Below, piece after piece: positions 53,698 to 64,000 of a stretch of DNA of 64,000 bases (the stretch's first letter is position 1; each line of letters starts with the position of its first letter). The notes beneath the pieces are model-generated. The model ran no database searches. It was given only the letters and a program-made list of their open reading frames with translations, and had not been told where the DNA came from. Origin of the DNA: an uncultured Nitrososphaerales archaeon (lineage in GTDB: Archaea; Thermoproteota; Nitrososphaeria; Nitrososphaerales; Gagatemarchaeaceae); contig OY970160.1 of the NCBI GenBank assembly GCA_963706445.1, positions 1,753,758 through 1,817,757 of the forward strand, given 5' to 3'. Made by a program: the position numbers and the translations under genes.

Positions 53698-54915
53698 TCA
53701 GCCTTCCTTGGCCGTGGAGACGATCGAAAGAACGTCCCGGTCCCTGAGGACATAGTTCGTCGGCAGGTGCAGGCCAGTCCGGACGTCTATGGCGTACAGC
53801 AACCCTTTGACAAGGTCAGTGTGTATGTCCTTGGTGAGGTCCTCGACCGTCGACCCGCTCGGGAGAAGGTACACGTCAGGTAGGATGCGCCCGTTCTTGT
53901 CGGAGAGCTTCTGAGGGTCGTGCACAGGGTAGACTGCGTTCTCCTTGAGCAGCTTGAATGTGACGGAGTTGAGCGCGAACTGCACCCCGGTCCTTAGGTA
54001 CTCCCCGAAGACCTTCCTCCTGATATATGCCAGGGCGCTCTTCTGCGCATCGTTGAGGTCCTGGGGCTTCAGAATCTCGAACCTCTCCTCCCCGGGGACA
54101 TACTTGATGAGCCCCTTGGCCTCGGCCCTCCTAAGGGTCAGCTCAGCTTCCCCGCTCGTCGGGACAACTATGAGCCCCTTGATCTTCTCCCGCAGCTTCT
54201 GGAAGTTCTCCGCCGCGTAGGGGAGGTCCATCTTGTTGGCGATCAGAAGCGTCGGCTTCGAGTACTCCCTGAGCGACCAGCAGAAGCTCTGGATGTCCTT
54301 CTCGTTCCACGAGTCGAACTGCTTGTCCTCCAGCAGCGTGTCCTTCATCGCCAGGACGACGTGCTCCTTCCTGACCCCGATCCCATGCATTACTTCCTCC
54401 ACCGCGTTGGGGATCCCATACCCCGGGGTCTTCGACAGCTTCGAAATCTTGGGAAGGTTCTGGTTGAACAGCTTGGTGTACCAGAGGACGAGCTCCAGCT
54501 CGACGTCTGCAAAATCAGCCATGGGGTCCCCGGTGCCAGGCTCGGAGATCTTCCCGTCCTTGTCCACGCTCCCCGATGCGTCCACCACGTGCATCAGCGC
54601 GTCTGACTGGGCTGCCACGCTGAGGAACTGGTTCCCCAGCCCCTTCCCCGTCCAGGCTCCCTTGATCAGCCCCGGCAGGTCTGTGACCTCCACGGGAATG
54701 AACCTCCATCCGTCTTCGCACTTCGAGTTTGTCGGGGTATCGGTCACTCCGAATTCCTTGTGCACGCAGAGGGTGACGACGTTAGCCACCCCTGTCTCCG
54801 GAGATTTCGTGGTGAAGGGGTAGTTGGAGACCTCTCCCGCGAGCAGCGTCATCGAGTTGAACAGAGTAGTCTTTCCCGCGTTGGTTTTTCCAATGAGCCC
54901 TATCCGAATCGGCGC
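53698..54915 (-). CDS. ychF: Obg-family ATPase/GTPase YchF (archaeal type)
   Basis: IGLIGKTNAGKTT upstream of the ORF-track start, NYPFTT, D.PGL..GA..GKGLGNQFL, ANKMD, TGS domain; expected start codon reads GCG. Confidence 0.9.
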   Translation of the reverse strand, partial: APIRIGLIGKTNAGKTTLFNSMTLLAGEVSNYPFTTKSPETGVANVVTLCVHKEFGVTDTPTNSKCEDGWRFIPVEVTDLPGLIKGAWTGKGLGNQFLSVAAQSDALMHVVDASGSVDKDGKISEPGTGDPMADFADVELELVLWYTKLFNQNLPKISKLSKTPGYGIPNAVEEVMHGIGVRKEHVVLAMKDTLLEDKQFDSWNEKDIQSFCWSLREYSKPTLLIANKMDLPYAAENFQKLREKIKGLIVVPTSGEAELTLRRAEAKGLIKYVPGEERFEILKPQDLNDAQKSALAYIRRKVFGEYLRTGVQFALNSVTFKLLKENAVYPVHDPQKLSDKNGRILPDVYLLPSGSTVEDLTKDIHTDLVKGLLYAIDVRTGLHLPTNYVLRDRDVLSIVSTAKEG

Positions 54916-54977
54916 CTCAGGTCACCATCTGTCGAGGTTCCGCGACCGAATAAAAACAGTTGGGCCGGCGAAGAACG

Positions 54978-55466
54978 TCAGGGGGAGGGGGCAGAGCGCC
55001 AGGCTCTGACCGCCTCATACCAAAAGACGGCGGCCGCGACGGCCAGGGCTACCGAGAACCACTCGACCACGGGGACTATCCCGATGTACGGGTATCCCAC
55101 ATAGCCCAGGTAGCCCGCGAAAACCGTGAAAACCACCGCGTAGAAGATGAACCTCGGAACGATTAGGGTCCCGACGCGCAGGAAGTCCCTCATCACGTCG
55201 ACCTTCACCTCCCCCACCACTTCATACTCTCCATTGTTCTCTGCTACGAGCCCCAGGTCCTTCAGCTTGTTCAGGTGATACTGGGCCAGGGACGGGTTGG
55301 ACATGAGGAGGGCCCTCTGGACCTCCCTGACCCCCACCCTCCGCTTCTTGAGAGCGTAAACGTAGACCCTGAGGGTGTTCCCCTTGAGCTCCGCGTCGAC
55401 CATCCCCCTGGTCCGCTTTTCGGCTTGTGGAGGCTGGCCCGTAGGCTGTTTAACTGGTTCACTCAC
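54978..55466 (-). CDS. Winged-helix regulator with two C-terminal TM helices
   Basis: LKGNTLRVY..GVREVQRAL.MS.PSLAQYHL.KL..LGLV; 2 TM. Confidence 0.85.
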   Translation of the reverse strand: MSEPVKQPTGQPPQAEKRTRGMVDAELKGNTLRVYVYALKKRRVGVREVQRALLMSNPSLAQYHLNKLKDLGLVAENNGEYEVVGEVKVDVMRDFLRVGTLIVPRFIFYAVVFTVFAGYLGYVGYPYIGIVPVVEWFSVALAVAAAVFWYEAVRAWRSAPSP

Positions 55467-55568
55467 GAAGGCCCTGCTCGAACCATCGTTCCGGCGCCAC
55501 GTTCAAAAACATTGGTTGATAATGGCGGTGCGGACTGCGTCTCATATGGACGGACAGGCGGACTTCTG

Positions 55569-56621
55569 TTGAAGCTCCAGACCCGGGCTGCCGCCTACGG
55601 CCTCGCCGGCCTGGTACTTGCCGGAGTTGTAATCTTCTCAGGATCCGAGCTGGGGCTCCTCAGCACTAGTTCCTCAGGCGTCCTGTCTCTACTGCTTACA
55701 GACCCGCCCTCGGTGTCCAACGGGGTCACGGCCGTATTTGTCACCTATTCGGGCATCCAGATCCATGCCACCGGGCTCAACGACTCTGGTTGGGTGTCCT
55801 TCCCCGGTCAGGGGACCATCGACACTCTGAAGCTGGTTAACCTCAGTCAGACAATCTCCAGCGGGTCTCTGCCGAGCCTGACATACAACATGGTGCAGTT
55901 CGAAATAACGAATGTCACGGTGACCTACATGGGCGCGAACTATTCGGCTACCATCGCCTCGGACAAACTCGTCGTCCCGATAGTGGGTGGAGTGAAGGTA
56001 AGCTCCTCCAACCCTGCCGCTGCCCTGGTCGACATCCAGCCAACGATCCTCAACCTGGGTAACGAGACCAGCCCCAGCTTCACCATGGCGACGGGGGCGA
56101 GGGCCCTGCAGGTCCCCGCCGACGAGGTGAGCGACTCCATGCGCGAGGTCGGCAACAGCTACTCACTGCAGGGACATTCGTGGTACCAGGACTTCAGCCA
56201 CCACCAGCAGATCGACAACCTGACTGTGTCAGGGCTCATGCTTACCACGAATTCATTCTCGTTCTCCGCGGCAAACACCGATTCCGACGCTCTAACTCTG
56301 AGAATGGTGATCCTGTCACCTGTGGGCCAGAATGAAAATGGCGCATCGGGGATGGGGATGCTTTCCGGCTCTATGGCCAACTCCGTGATCTTCGTCGTGC
56401 AGTCTGATGGGTCGCTGAAGCTGGTGAACAGTAGCCCCAACGCCTTAGGGCTTCTGCTTCAAACTGACGGGTACACCATAGCGGGCGGCGAGTCACACTC
56501 GTTCATCTTCACCGGGACCATGACCCTCCTCGTCAAGCACATGATCACCAGCGATTCTACGTACAACGCGGTCTTCCTGGGTTCGGACGTGCTTGGCACG
56601 CAGACTGTAGTAGCTTCCTAG
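55569..56621 (+). CDS. DUF4382-like membrane-anchored surface protein
   Basis: N-terminal TM then LLLTDPP...V.VTYS.I..H...W; N-x-S/T sequons. Confidence 0.72.
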   Translation: MKLQTRAAAYGLAGLVLAGVVIFSGSELGLLSTSSSGVLSLLLTDPPSVSNGVTAVFVTYSGIQIHATGLNDSGWVSFPGQGTIDTLKLVNLSQTISSGSLPSLTYNMVQFEITNVTVTYMGANYSATIASDKLVVPIVGGVKVSSSNPAAALVDIQPTILNLGNETSPSFTMATGARALQVPADEVSDSMREVGNSYSLQGHSWYQDFSHHQQIDNLTVSGLMLTTNSFSFSAANTDSDALTLRMVILSPVGQNENGASGMGMLSGSMANSVIFVVQSDGSLKLVNSSPNALGLLLQTDGYTIAGGESHSFIFTGTMTLLVKHMITSDSTYNAVFLGSDVLGTQTVVAS

Positions 56622-57865
56622 CTTCTGTACCTTAGCAGCGCGCCTACGCCGCCGAACGACTTGAACATGCTCCCATCCTCCGTCCCCGACGAGATCACCT
56701 CGACCTTCGAGCCCACCTGGAACGCCATCTCCTCGAGCACGTCCACAATGTCCTTCACGATCACATCGTAGTCCGTGGCCCCGCACTTCGTGCAGGGGGT
56801 TGAAGCGATCTCCTGACGCTGCTGGATCTTCTTCGCCCCGATGACGGTCTCCGTCTTGACGGTCCCGCACTTCTTACAGGTGGCGTCAATCCTCACCGTG
56901 TCGAGGTCGTCGGAGACGAGGACCACTTCGGTGCTCGCCTTATGCAGGGCCTCGATTACCCTGGGGAGCCCATAGACCACCAGCCCGCCCTGCCTGTTCA
57001 CCTCGCCGAGGAACTTCTGGACCAGCCGCTTCTCTTCGACGAGCCTGACATCCTTCAGTATGTCCCCAGCCTTCTCGACGAGCTCCCTGACCCCCTCCCT
57101 CCCCGAGTACCCCAGGTCGAGGACCCCGACTATCTTCTTCTGCAGCTCGTAGTGCAGGTATCCATCTTTGAGGAACTCCTCCTTCGTCGGCCCAGGCCCT
57201 CCGACCAGGAGCCCTGTGATCTTGTTGCTATCTATGAACACCCTGGTGGCATGCTCCGCGACCCTGTGGAAGTAGTAGGTCATCTCCATCTCCCTTCCCC
57301 GCTCGTACCTCCTTGCCGACTGGCCCCCCTTCCTCGTCTTGCCAGAGATCCCGGAAGTCAGCACGTCAACTATCTCCAGGCTGTCCCCGCTGAGTATCCC
57401 CATCCCGACATCGCTCGAATCGATGGTAAGGATCCCGTACACCTTCGCCTCCCTCAGCATGTCCTTCAGCCATTCGACGTGGAAGTGGTCATCGCACTGG
57501 TAGAGGTACTGGGTCACAGGCTTTGGGGGGATTATCTCGTAGACATTGACGACTTCGCTCCCCGGGCCGTTGGTGGGTAGAGCCCCTGAGAAGATCACCA
57601 GGCCGGTGTCCGGCGGGGTCCTGTAGAGCTTGAGCCTCTGCATGGTCTTGGTGAGGGCGTCCTGGACGTGGTTCCTCGTGGTGTCCGACTTGATGTTCCC
57701 GGCGGTCCCCCACTCCTCTCGGAGGTTGGCTATCGCTTCGTGGATTGCCTTCTTGGGAGGTATGTACAGGGAGACGAGCTCGGTCCCCCTCCCTTCCTTG
57801 TTGCTGAGCTCTGAGATGAGCTTCCTTACCTTGTATAGCCTAACAGAGTCGGTCTTTGTCGACAT
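56618..57865 (-). CDS. prf1: Peptide chain release factor aRF1
   Basis: GRGTELVSLYIP, NIKS, YQCDDHF, GGQSARRY. Confidence 0.97.
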   Translation of the reverse strand: MSTKTDSVRLYKVRKLISELSNKEGRGTELVSLYIPPKKAIHEAIANLREEWGTAGNIKSDTTRNHVQDALTKTMQRLKLYRTPPDTGLVIFSGALPTNGPGSEVVNVYEIIPPKPVTQYLYQCDDHFHVEWLKDMLREAKVYGILTIDSSDVGMGILSGDSLEIVDVLTSGISGKTRKGGQSARRYERGREMEMTYYFHRVAEHATRVFIDSNKITGLLVGGPGPTKEEFLKDGYLHYELQKKIVGVLDLGYSGREGVRELVEKAGDILKDVRLVEEKRLVQKFLGEVNRQGGLVVYGLPRVIEALHKASTEVVLVSDDLDTVRIDATCKKCGTVKTETVIGAKKIQQRQEIASTPCTKCGATDYDVIVKDIVDVLEEMAFQVGSKVEVISSGTEDGSMFKSFGGVGALLRYRS

Positions 57866-58001
57866 TGCAGAGCTACCGCTTCGTCAGGACGAAGAAACTG
57901 AACTCGGTACCGGAGGCGACTGTCATTAGAATACTCAAAATGTTCCTTACCCATTTATAAAACCTTGGACTCCGTAAACCTGCTAGGGAGGATTTGGAAC
58001 A

Positions 58002-58668
58002 TTGAAAGCAGTGCTGAGAATAGGGGGATCGGTACTCGGCTCGCCGCCGTCGGCGAAGGTAGTCAACGCCTATGCCGACGTGATTTCTGACCTCAACTAC
58101 GAAGGGCATTCAGTCGCAGTGATAGTAGGGGGAGGGCAGGTCTCGCGTGAGTACATCAAATCGGCCGCCGAGATGGGCCTTTCATCCTATCAGCAGGACA
58201 CGGTCGCGATCCACGCCTCCAGGTTCAACGCCCGCCTGGTGGCCATGAAGCTCGGAGGGGTGAGCAGCGTCCCCACCTCGATTGATGGGATGCTACAGCG
58301 GCTCTCGCAGGAACAGGGTCGCCGTCATGGGGGGCCTGAAGCCTGGGATAACGACCGACACCGTGGCTGCCATTGTCGCCCAGAGATGGAGGGCCGACAT
58401 CATGGTGAAGGCCTCCGACCAGAACGGCATCTACACCGAAGACCCGCGGATCAACAAGAAGGCGAAGAAGCTCGACAAGATCACCTACGAGAAGATGAAG
58501 CAGATACTCGGCGGCTCCCACAGGCCAGGGATCCACAGCATCGTCGACCCTGTGGCGGTCGACCAACTGGTCGAATCCAGGATAAGGCTTGTCGTGCTGA
58601 ACGGCTCCGACGCCAAGGGCGTCGTCAAGGCGATTCACGGCGAGAAGATAGGCACGGTCGTCAGCTGA
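58002..58668 (+). CDS. pyrH: UMP kinase with a +1 frameshift near 58313 (likely sequence error)
   Basis: LRIGGSV and VGGG..SR.YI in one frame; GG..PG.TTD..AA, GIY..DP, IVDP in another. Confidence 0.88.
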
Positions 58669-58699
58669 GCGGAGAAGTGGGAGTGAAGAGCAACCGGAA

Positions 58700-59677
58700 T
58701 TGGTCTCTGTAGTAGTCTACATCGCCCTTCTCGCTACAGTCTTAGTCGCCTTCTGGTCGTCCTTGGTGGAGGCGACCTATCTGACCCTTCGGCCCTTCTC
58801 CCTGAGCTCCTCCATCGCGAGCGGCTCGACCAACGCGGCCACCGCACTCGAGATCGTGAGCGAGAAGACGAGGCTCGTCAGCGTCACCACCTTCGTCGAC
58901 ACGATCTCCAACGTCGTCCTCGCCAGCACCATAGGGCTGATACTTTCGGACTACTTCGGCCCGATAGGGTGGGTGTACAGCGCGGTCGGGGGCTCCTTCG
59001 TGATAATGACCCTCATCTACCTCCTCCCGAAGGCCATAGGGATCGAAAACGCCCTGAGGATGTCCATCGTCCTCGCCCCCTCGACCAAGGTGGTCATGTC
59101 GGTCCTCGCGCCGATGGCCGTCCCTCTGACTAACTTCGCCCGCTCCCTCTCCGAAAGGCTCGTCGGGAAGCCGGGGTACAAGGAGGTAGACCTGGCGGCC
59201 GAGTTCGAGGACGTCGTCACCATGCTCGAGAAGGCAGGGCACATCGAGCCGGACGCAGGGAGGCTGCTGAGGACTCCAGCTGGCCTCTTCAAAGAACACC
59301 GCCGGAGCAGTCCTCACACCAATCGGACGAGATAGTGTCCATCGACAGCGACGCGACGGTCCTTGAAGCGCTGAGGAGCATGGGTCAGACCAACCACCCC
59401 CGGATGCCCGTCTACGACTCCAAAGAGGAAGATGTACATCGGCGCGGTCACTTCGAGGACAATCTCCAAGGCCGTTTCAAGGGACCACATCGACTACGGT
59501 ATCCACGACTACATGATCCAGCCCGCGAGGGTTTCCAGGGACGACGGCCTTCCCACGGTCATCGACAAGATGCAGGACGCAGCCACCACCATAGCCTTCG
59601 TCTTCGACGGGGACAAGATGGTGGGGATGATCACTCTCTCGGATATACTCGAGAGGCTGCTTGGAGTGAAAGTCTAG
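58700..59677 (+). CDS. CNNM/DUF21 plus CBS-domain protein, frameshifted
   Basis: AFWS..E, LLPK..G TM domain; CBS pieces in different frames (HPRMPVYD; VGMITLSDILE.L.G). Confidence 0.8.
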
Positions 59678-59691
59678 AGTCGGTTATCTTT

Positions 59692-60546
59692 CTAGCCCAA
59701 AGTCTTTTTCGGCACGGCGAGGGAGTTGAGCTCGTCGAACGTTATCGCGCCTTCCACTAGCGCCCCGTAGGTCCCCTTCTCCCGCACTTCCCTCGAGGCG
59801 CGCCTAAGCAGTCCCATGGCCGCGTAGGAGGCACTCGGACCGAAGCTGACCCTCGCGACCCCCAGCCGCTTCCAGCTCGGCACCGGCGGGAGGCCCTTCC
59901 TGACCATGACGTTGATCGGGAAATCCAGAGCCTTCGACGAACCTGGAAATCGACGCAGCGTCGGTCAGGCCCATCGGGTAGACGCAGTCTGCGCCCAGGT
60001 CTCGAAATTCCTTGGCTCTCCGGATCGCCTCGTCCAGCTTCGCATCCTCATCTCCAGATGCCGAACCTGAAGGCATCGGTCCGCGCGTTGATGACGAAAG
60101 GCACGCTCAGGGACTCCCTGAGCCGGACGAGTGCGTGGAGACTCGCCAGCTGCTTCTCCAGCGGCAGGAGTTTCTTGGTGCTGTGCGCGAAATCCTCGAT
60201 GTTGATGCCGACCGCGCCGGCAGCGACGACCGCCCTGACGCTCTTCGCTACACCATCCGGAGTGTTTCCGAACCCTGCCGACGACGTCGGCGCTCAGGGG
60301 GACCGAAGCACGCTGGCGATCCTCTCATCGCCGACGAATTCCTTCGTGGGAATCTCCTCGCCGTCAGGATAACCGAGCGACACCATCATCCCCGCGCTCG
60401 ACGTCGCCACGGCTGGGAAGCCCTCATCTTCGAAGACGCGGGCGCTGGGGACGTCCCAGGCGTTGGGGAGGACGAGTACCTTCTCTCCTATCGTGAAGCC
60501 GGCGGAGTGCCTCCGCTTTCTCCGACTGCGAATTCGCCGAGGGCAA
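59692..60546 (-). CDS. Isocitrate lyase/PEP mutase family protein, frameshifted
   Basis: VLPNAWD, ATSSAG, GAVGINIED, INARTD, GADCVY, GVARVSFG spread over several frames. Confidence 0.82.
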
Positions 60547-60600
60547 TTCCAGAACCTAGAGTCCCCTAGGAGTACTAAATTCTTTACGAGAGACTCGAAT

Positions 60601-60720
60601 CTATTGGGTGACGCTCATCGGAGGGCTGTGGGCCTTGTTGTGCTCTGCTAGCTTCTCCTGCGAGTCGAACTTCGCCCCACAGGTGTTGCAGGCGTATTCC
60701 TTCTTTCCGAACCACTTCAT
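60601..60720 (-). CDS. 39-aa C2H2 zinc-finger microprotein (not in ORF track)
   Basis: MKWFGKKEYACNTCGAKFDSQEKLAEHNKAHSPPMSVTQ: canonical C-x2-C-x3-F-x5-L-x2-H-x3-H. Confidence 0.8.
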   Translation of the reverse strand: MKWFGKKEYACNTCGAKFDSQEKLAEHNKAHSPPMSVTQ

Positions 60721-60822
60721 TGCTGTCACGAAATCCCCTAGCGGCCATTTAGCCGTCTCGGGGAGAATCTTCCTGAAAGCAACTATAGGAGACTGTACTT
60801 GGTGTGACCGGATCCTAGCGGC

Positions 60823-61341
60823 TCAGTCGCCGGCCAGGGTCAGTTCCATCTCGTCCTCGACCGGCAGGCTCACCGAGCTCACGAATACGCTGCACTCCCC
60901 GTGGTCGGGGAGCTCTGCAGAGTATATGGTCTGTCGATGGCTCTGACACCACATGAAGTCCAAGCCGTCGAGCGACCTGTCCACATAGCACTCCTCGGTC
61001 GGCTTGTCCGAGAAGGTAGGCCTCCCGAAGAGCCTGCCGGTTGGGTTGTCACACTGGCCCAGATGAGGCATCATCTCGTAGGGAAGCCAGTAATGGCATT
61101 TGACGCATGTGGTCGTACCACGACGCGGCGCCTTCGACTTCACGCCTCTGATCCTGTGCCGGCCGAAGCGCCCGGGCACTCCAGAGTCAGCGTAGTACTC
61201 GCAGGGCCCCACCGTCCCGATTGTCATGCGGTCGTAGGATCGGCTCAAGGTGTTATCACACGTGCCGACCCCTTTCCACTTCGGATATGGTTGATAATAG
61301 GCGCAGGCGTTGCACGGCCACCCTTGGTTGGCCGCATGCAT
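60823..61341 (-). CDS. Cys-rich protein with two CxxC-x14-C-x18/20-C repeats
   Basis: CNACAYY..GTCDN..C and CVKCHYW..GQCDN..C, plus a C-x2-H..H-x2-C module. Confidence 0.7.
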   Translation of the reverse strand: MHAANQGWPCNACAYYQPYPKWKGVGTCDNTLSRSYDRMTIGTVGPCEYYADSGVPGRFGRHRIRGVKSKAPRRGTTTCVKCHYWLPYEMMPHLGQCDNPTGRLFGRPTFSDKPTEECYVDRSLDGLDFMWCQSHRQTIYSAELPDHGECSVFVSSVSLPVEDEMELTLAGD

Positions 61342-61416
61342 CGCGTAAAATACACGGAGGAAATTATTGAAGGTTTGCTATGTTGTAAGAAGGCTAATAT
61401 TCGAGTGAGAACCTGT

Positions 61417-62193
61417 CTAAGCTCTGACAATCTGCCCAAGCCGTCTCGCCACTTCCTCTTCCGTCCCTTGAATGAGCTCCCTCTTCCGCTCCGGACTGCG
61501 CATCCTGCTCAGCCCAGTCACTTCCGTCCGCGACCCCTGTAGCCCCACATCCTCGGGGGCGAAACCCAAGTCCTCCATGTTCATAATCTTGAGCTTGAAC
61601 TCCTGGTCGGCCCACCTCTTCCTCCTGAAGTCTGGGAACCTCGGCGAATTGCAGCCGAGCTGCACGCTCGCAAGGAACGGAGGCCTGACCTCGACTATCT
61701 CGTGCCCGTCGGTGATTTCACGCCTGGCGCGCATCTTGTCCCCCGCCGCCTCGATGGAGCTGACATAGCTGACGTGGGGGATGCCCAGCCACCCTGCTAT
61801 GCTGGGCGGGACCTGCTCTGTGCTCCCATCCGAAGACGCTTCACCGCAGAAGACGACGTCGTAGGGTTTCAGCTTCTCGATCCCGGCGGCTATGACCCGC
61901 GACGTGGCGTATGTGTCCGCCCCGCCGAACGCCCTATCGCTGAGCAGGATTGCGTCGTCGGCCCCCATGGCCACGGCAAGCTTGAGGAACGGCTCGAACG
62001 ACGGCGGACCCATGGAAAGGACGACGACCTTCCCTCCCAGGGAATCCTTGAGCTTGAGGGCCGCTTCGAGGGCGTTCTTGTCGGCATCGTTGATCTCGTT
62101 CTCAACCCCTTCCCTGACTATGGTCTTCTTCTGCTCGTCGAACCTGATCTGCTCGATCTTGGGGGTGACCTTCAGGCAGACTATCTGGTTCAT
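61417..62193 (-). CDS. etfB: Electron transfer flavoprotein subunit beta
   Basis: IVCLK, N..D.NALE.AL, SMGP, GADT.ATS, G..SSDG.T.QV. Confidence 0.94.
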   Translation of the reverse strand: MNQIVCLKVTPKIEQIRFDEQKKTIVREGVENEINDADKNALEAALKLKDSLGGKVVVLSMGPPSFEPFLKLAVAMGADDAILLSDRAFGGADTYATSRVIAAGIEKLKPYDVVFCGEASSDGSTEQVPPSIAGWLGIPHVSYVSSIEAAGDKMRARREITDGHEIVEVRPPFLASVQLGCNSPRFPDFRRKRWADQEFKLKIMNMEDLGFAPEDVGLQGSRTEVTGLSRMRSPERKRELIQGTEEEVARRLGQIVRA

Positions 62194-63171
62194 TTTCTAT
62201 CGGCTCCTAGCTCTGAAATCAGCCTAGGAACTATCTTCGACGCGTCCCCTACCACGCAATAGTCCGCATGCTTGAATATCTCCGCGTTGGGGTCTGAGTT
62301 AACCGCCACCACCGTCTCGACGTTCCTCAACCCTGAGGTGAAGTGTGCCGCGCCGCTGACCCCCACCACGACGGCCAGCTTCGCGTTGAGGCTCGACCCT
62401 GTCGAACCAATGACCAGGTTCTTGGGGGCCATCCCCTTGTCTGCCACCGGCCTGGACACCCCGAACGAGGAGCCGGTCGCTTCGGCCAGTCTCTTGGGCA
62501 GCGACAGGTCGTCCTTGCAGCCGAGCCCCGCCACCACGACCCTCTGGGCCTTGCTCACGCTGGCCCCGTGCTGGACCACCCTTTCGACAACCTGGCATCT
62601 GACGTCCTCAGGCTTGAGGTCTACGACGAAGGACTCGACGGTCCCAGCCTGTTCCGTCGGCGAGGGGGCGGTGAACACTCCGGGCCTTACCGTCGCCATC
62701 TGAGGCCTCCCCTTCTTGCACTTGCAGACCGCCACAATGCTTCCACCGAAACCAGGGACCGACCCCGAGCATCCCCGTCCCAGCCTCAACCTCCAGGTCG
62801 ACAACATGCGCCATCAGCCCCGTCCCTAGCCGGACTGCAAGCATCCCTCCTAGGGCGGTACCGTTGTGAGTAGCTCCTATCAGGAGCATATCGGGGTCTC
62901 CGACTTCACCATCTTCGTCAACCGCGTCGACCGTACGCCTCTGCTTGAAATCCTTTAGGAGCGGAAGTCGGCGACCATTACAAGGTGAGCGCCTCTGCGG
63001 GCACACTGCTCAGCGAGCCCAACGACGCCTTCGCCGAGGATGGCTCCGGTCACAGGGACGCCCAACCCGTCTGCGATCTCCCTGCCCTTGCCAAGGACCT
63101 CCATCGAAGCGTCCTCGAGGACCCCCTCTATCTGCTCCAAGAAGACGAACACTCCGCCGGTCTTCGGTCAT
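62190..63171 (-). CDS. etfA: Electron transfer flavoprotein subunit alpha, frameshifted
   Basis: VFVFLEQ, PQMATVRPG, VVVAG.G, SRP, GVSGA.H, AVN.D..A.IF..ADY..VGD over several frames. Confidence 0.88.
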
Positions 63172-64000
63172 GGAACCGTTCCCCCTTTCCCCGACAGCAT
63201 CTGCGAAGATTTCAGCCACATCCCTAATCTTGATGTTTGACCCCGCCGTCTTGACCCCATCCTCGAAGTTCAGGACGCAGAATGGGCACGCCGTCGCCAT
63301 AACCGACGCCCCGGACTCCTCTGCCTGCGCGACCCTCTTGTGGCTCGGCCGCACCCCTTCGAACTCGACGAACATCCCGCCCCCTCCGCCCCCGCAGCAC
63401 AGGGCGTTGCTCTTGTTGTCTGTCCCATCTCGCTTAGCTTCACCCCAGGGATGCTCTTGCAGGAGCTTCCTCGGCTCCTCGTACACCCCACCATATCTCC
63501 GAGATAGCACGGGTCGTGGGTGGCGTCAGGTGAGGCCCTCCCCACCATTGGCGTTTACAGCTTCACCATGATCGTGGTCCACGAGGGGTTGAGAGGAATT
63601 CGGTGTAGTGGAAGACCGGCGGGAGGGTCGCCGTACTTCGGGTACACGTCTCTGAAGACCCCATTGCTGTGCGGCGAGACTGTGATTACGTCCTCGGCCC
63701 CTGTCCCTCTGAATGCTTCGATGTTCGACTGCGCCAGCTCTTCGAGGAACCCGTCTTCACCCATCTGATACACCTCGTCCCCAGAGCTCTTCTCCTTCTC
63801 CCCGAGGATTGCGAAGTCTACCCCGGCCACGTCGAAATACTCGACGAGGGACCGGGCGATGCGCTGCAGGCGGGGGTCGAACGACGCTGCGTCGTCCAGG
63901 TAGAACAAGTGCTTGGCCGGCTTCCCCACCTTGACGTTAAGGCCTTCGGCCCACTTCCCCCTTTCATTCTTCTTCCCATCCCACGCAGTCCCCTCTTCGT
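63168..64000 (-). CDS. (Fe-S)-binding CCG-domain oxidoreductase (GlpC/HdrD-like), C-terminal part, frameshifted, runs off window end
   Basis: THDPCYL, CCGGGGG, TACPFC; ATGA overlap with etfA. Confidence 0.82.

Noticed and set aside
58002-58712. Programmed frameshift in pyrH
   Set aside because: No slippery heptamer at the shift; part of a regional indel cluster best explained by assembly error.
1-64000. CRISPR arrays, rRNA genes, transposases, inteins
   Set aside because: No regularly spaced repeats, rRNA-like sequence, transposase motifs or intein-sized insertions in DP2, Cdc6 or PolB2 were seen.

Overview
High-GC archaeal chromosome segment. PolD (DP1 and DP2), Cdc6, Elf1, Alba, ThyX, PolB2, aRF1 and multi-intron tRNAs point to a TACK archaeon, most plausibly a non-ammonia-oxidising Nitrososphaerota (Thaumarchaeota)-like lineage (inference). 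The window appears to span the replication origin: three ORB boxes at 17328-17483 lie between DP2 and cdc6/DP1. Most of the rest is housekeeping genes, with six tRNA genes carrying eight introns. The most interesting unexplained signals are: (1) a dense TGTGAY motif cluster 2.5-4 kb from oriC, surrounding an HTH gene and a membrane-anchored winged-helix gene, possibly a centromere or membrane-tether system; (2) an unannotated 43-aa secreted pro-peptide gene convergent with a tandem Lrp-like regulator, possibly peptide signalling; (3) a pair of reciprocally degenerate ThyX genes, possibly a heteromeric enzyme; (4) an 8-Cys, 21-aa micropeptide downstream of a Cys-rich HTH regulator; (5) a PriL-PriX-like fusion without an Fe-S domain; (6) a RadA-like/PolB2 mutagenesis cassette. 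From about 58.3 kb onward several genes, including the normally essential pyrH, are frameshifted, which most likely reflects assembly indel errors. All family assignments come from motif recognition by eye; no database searches were run.
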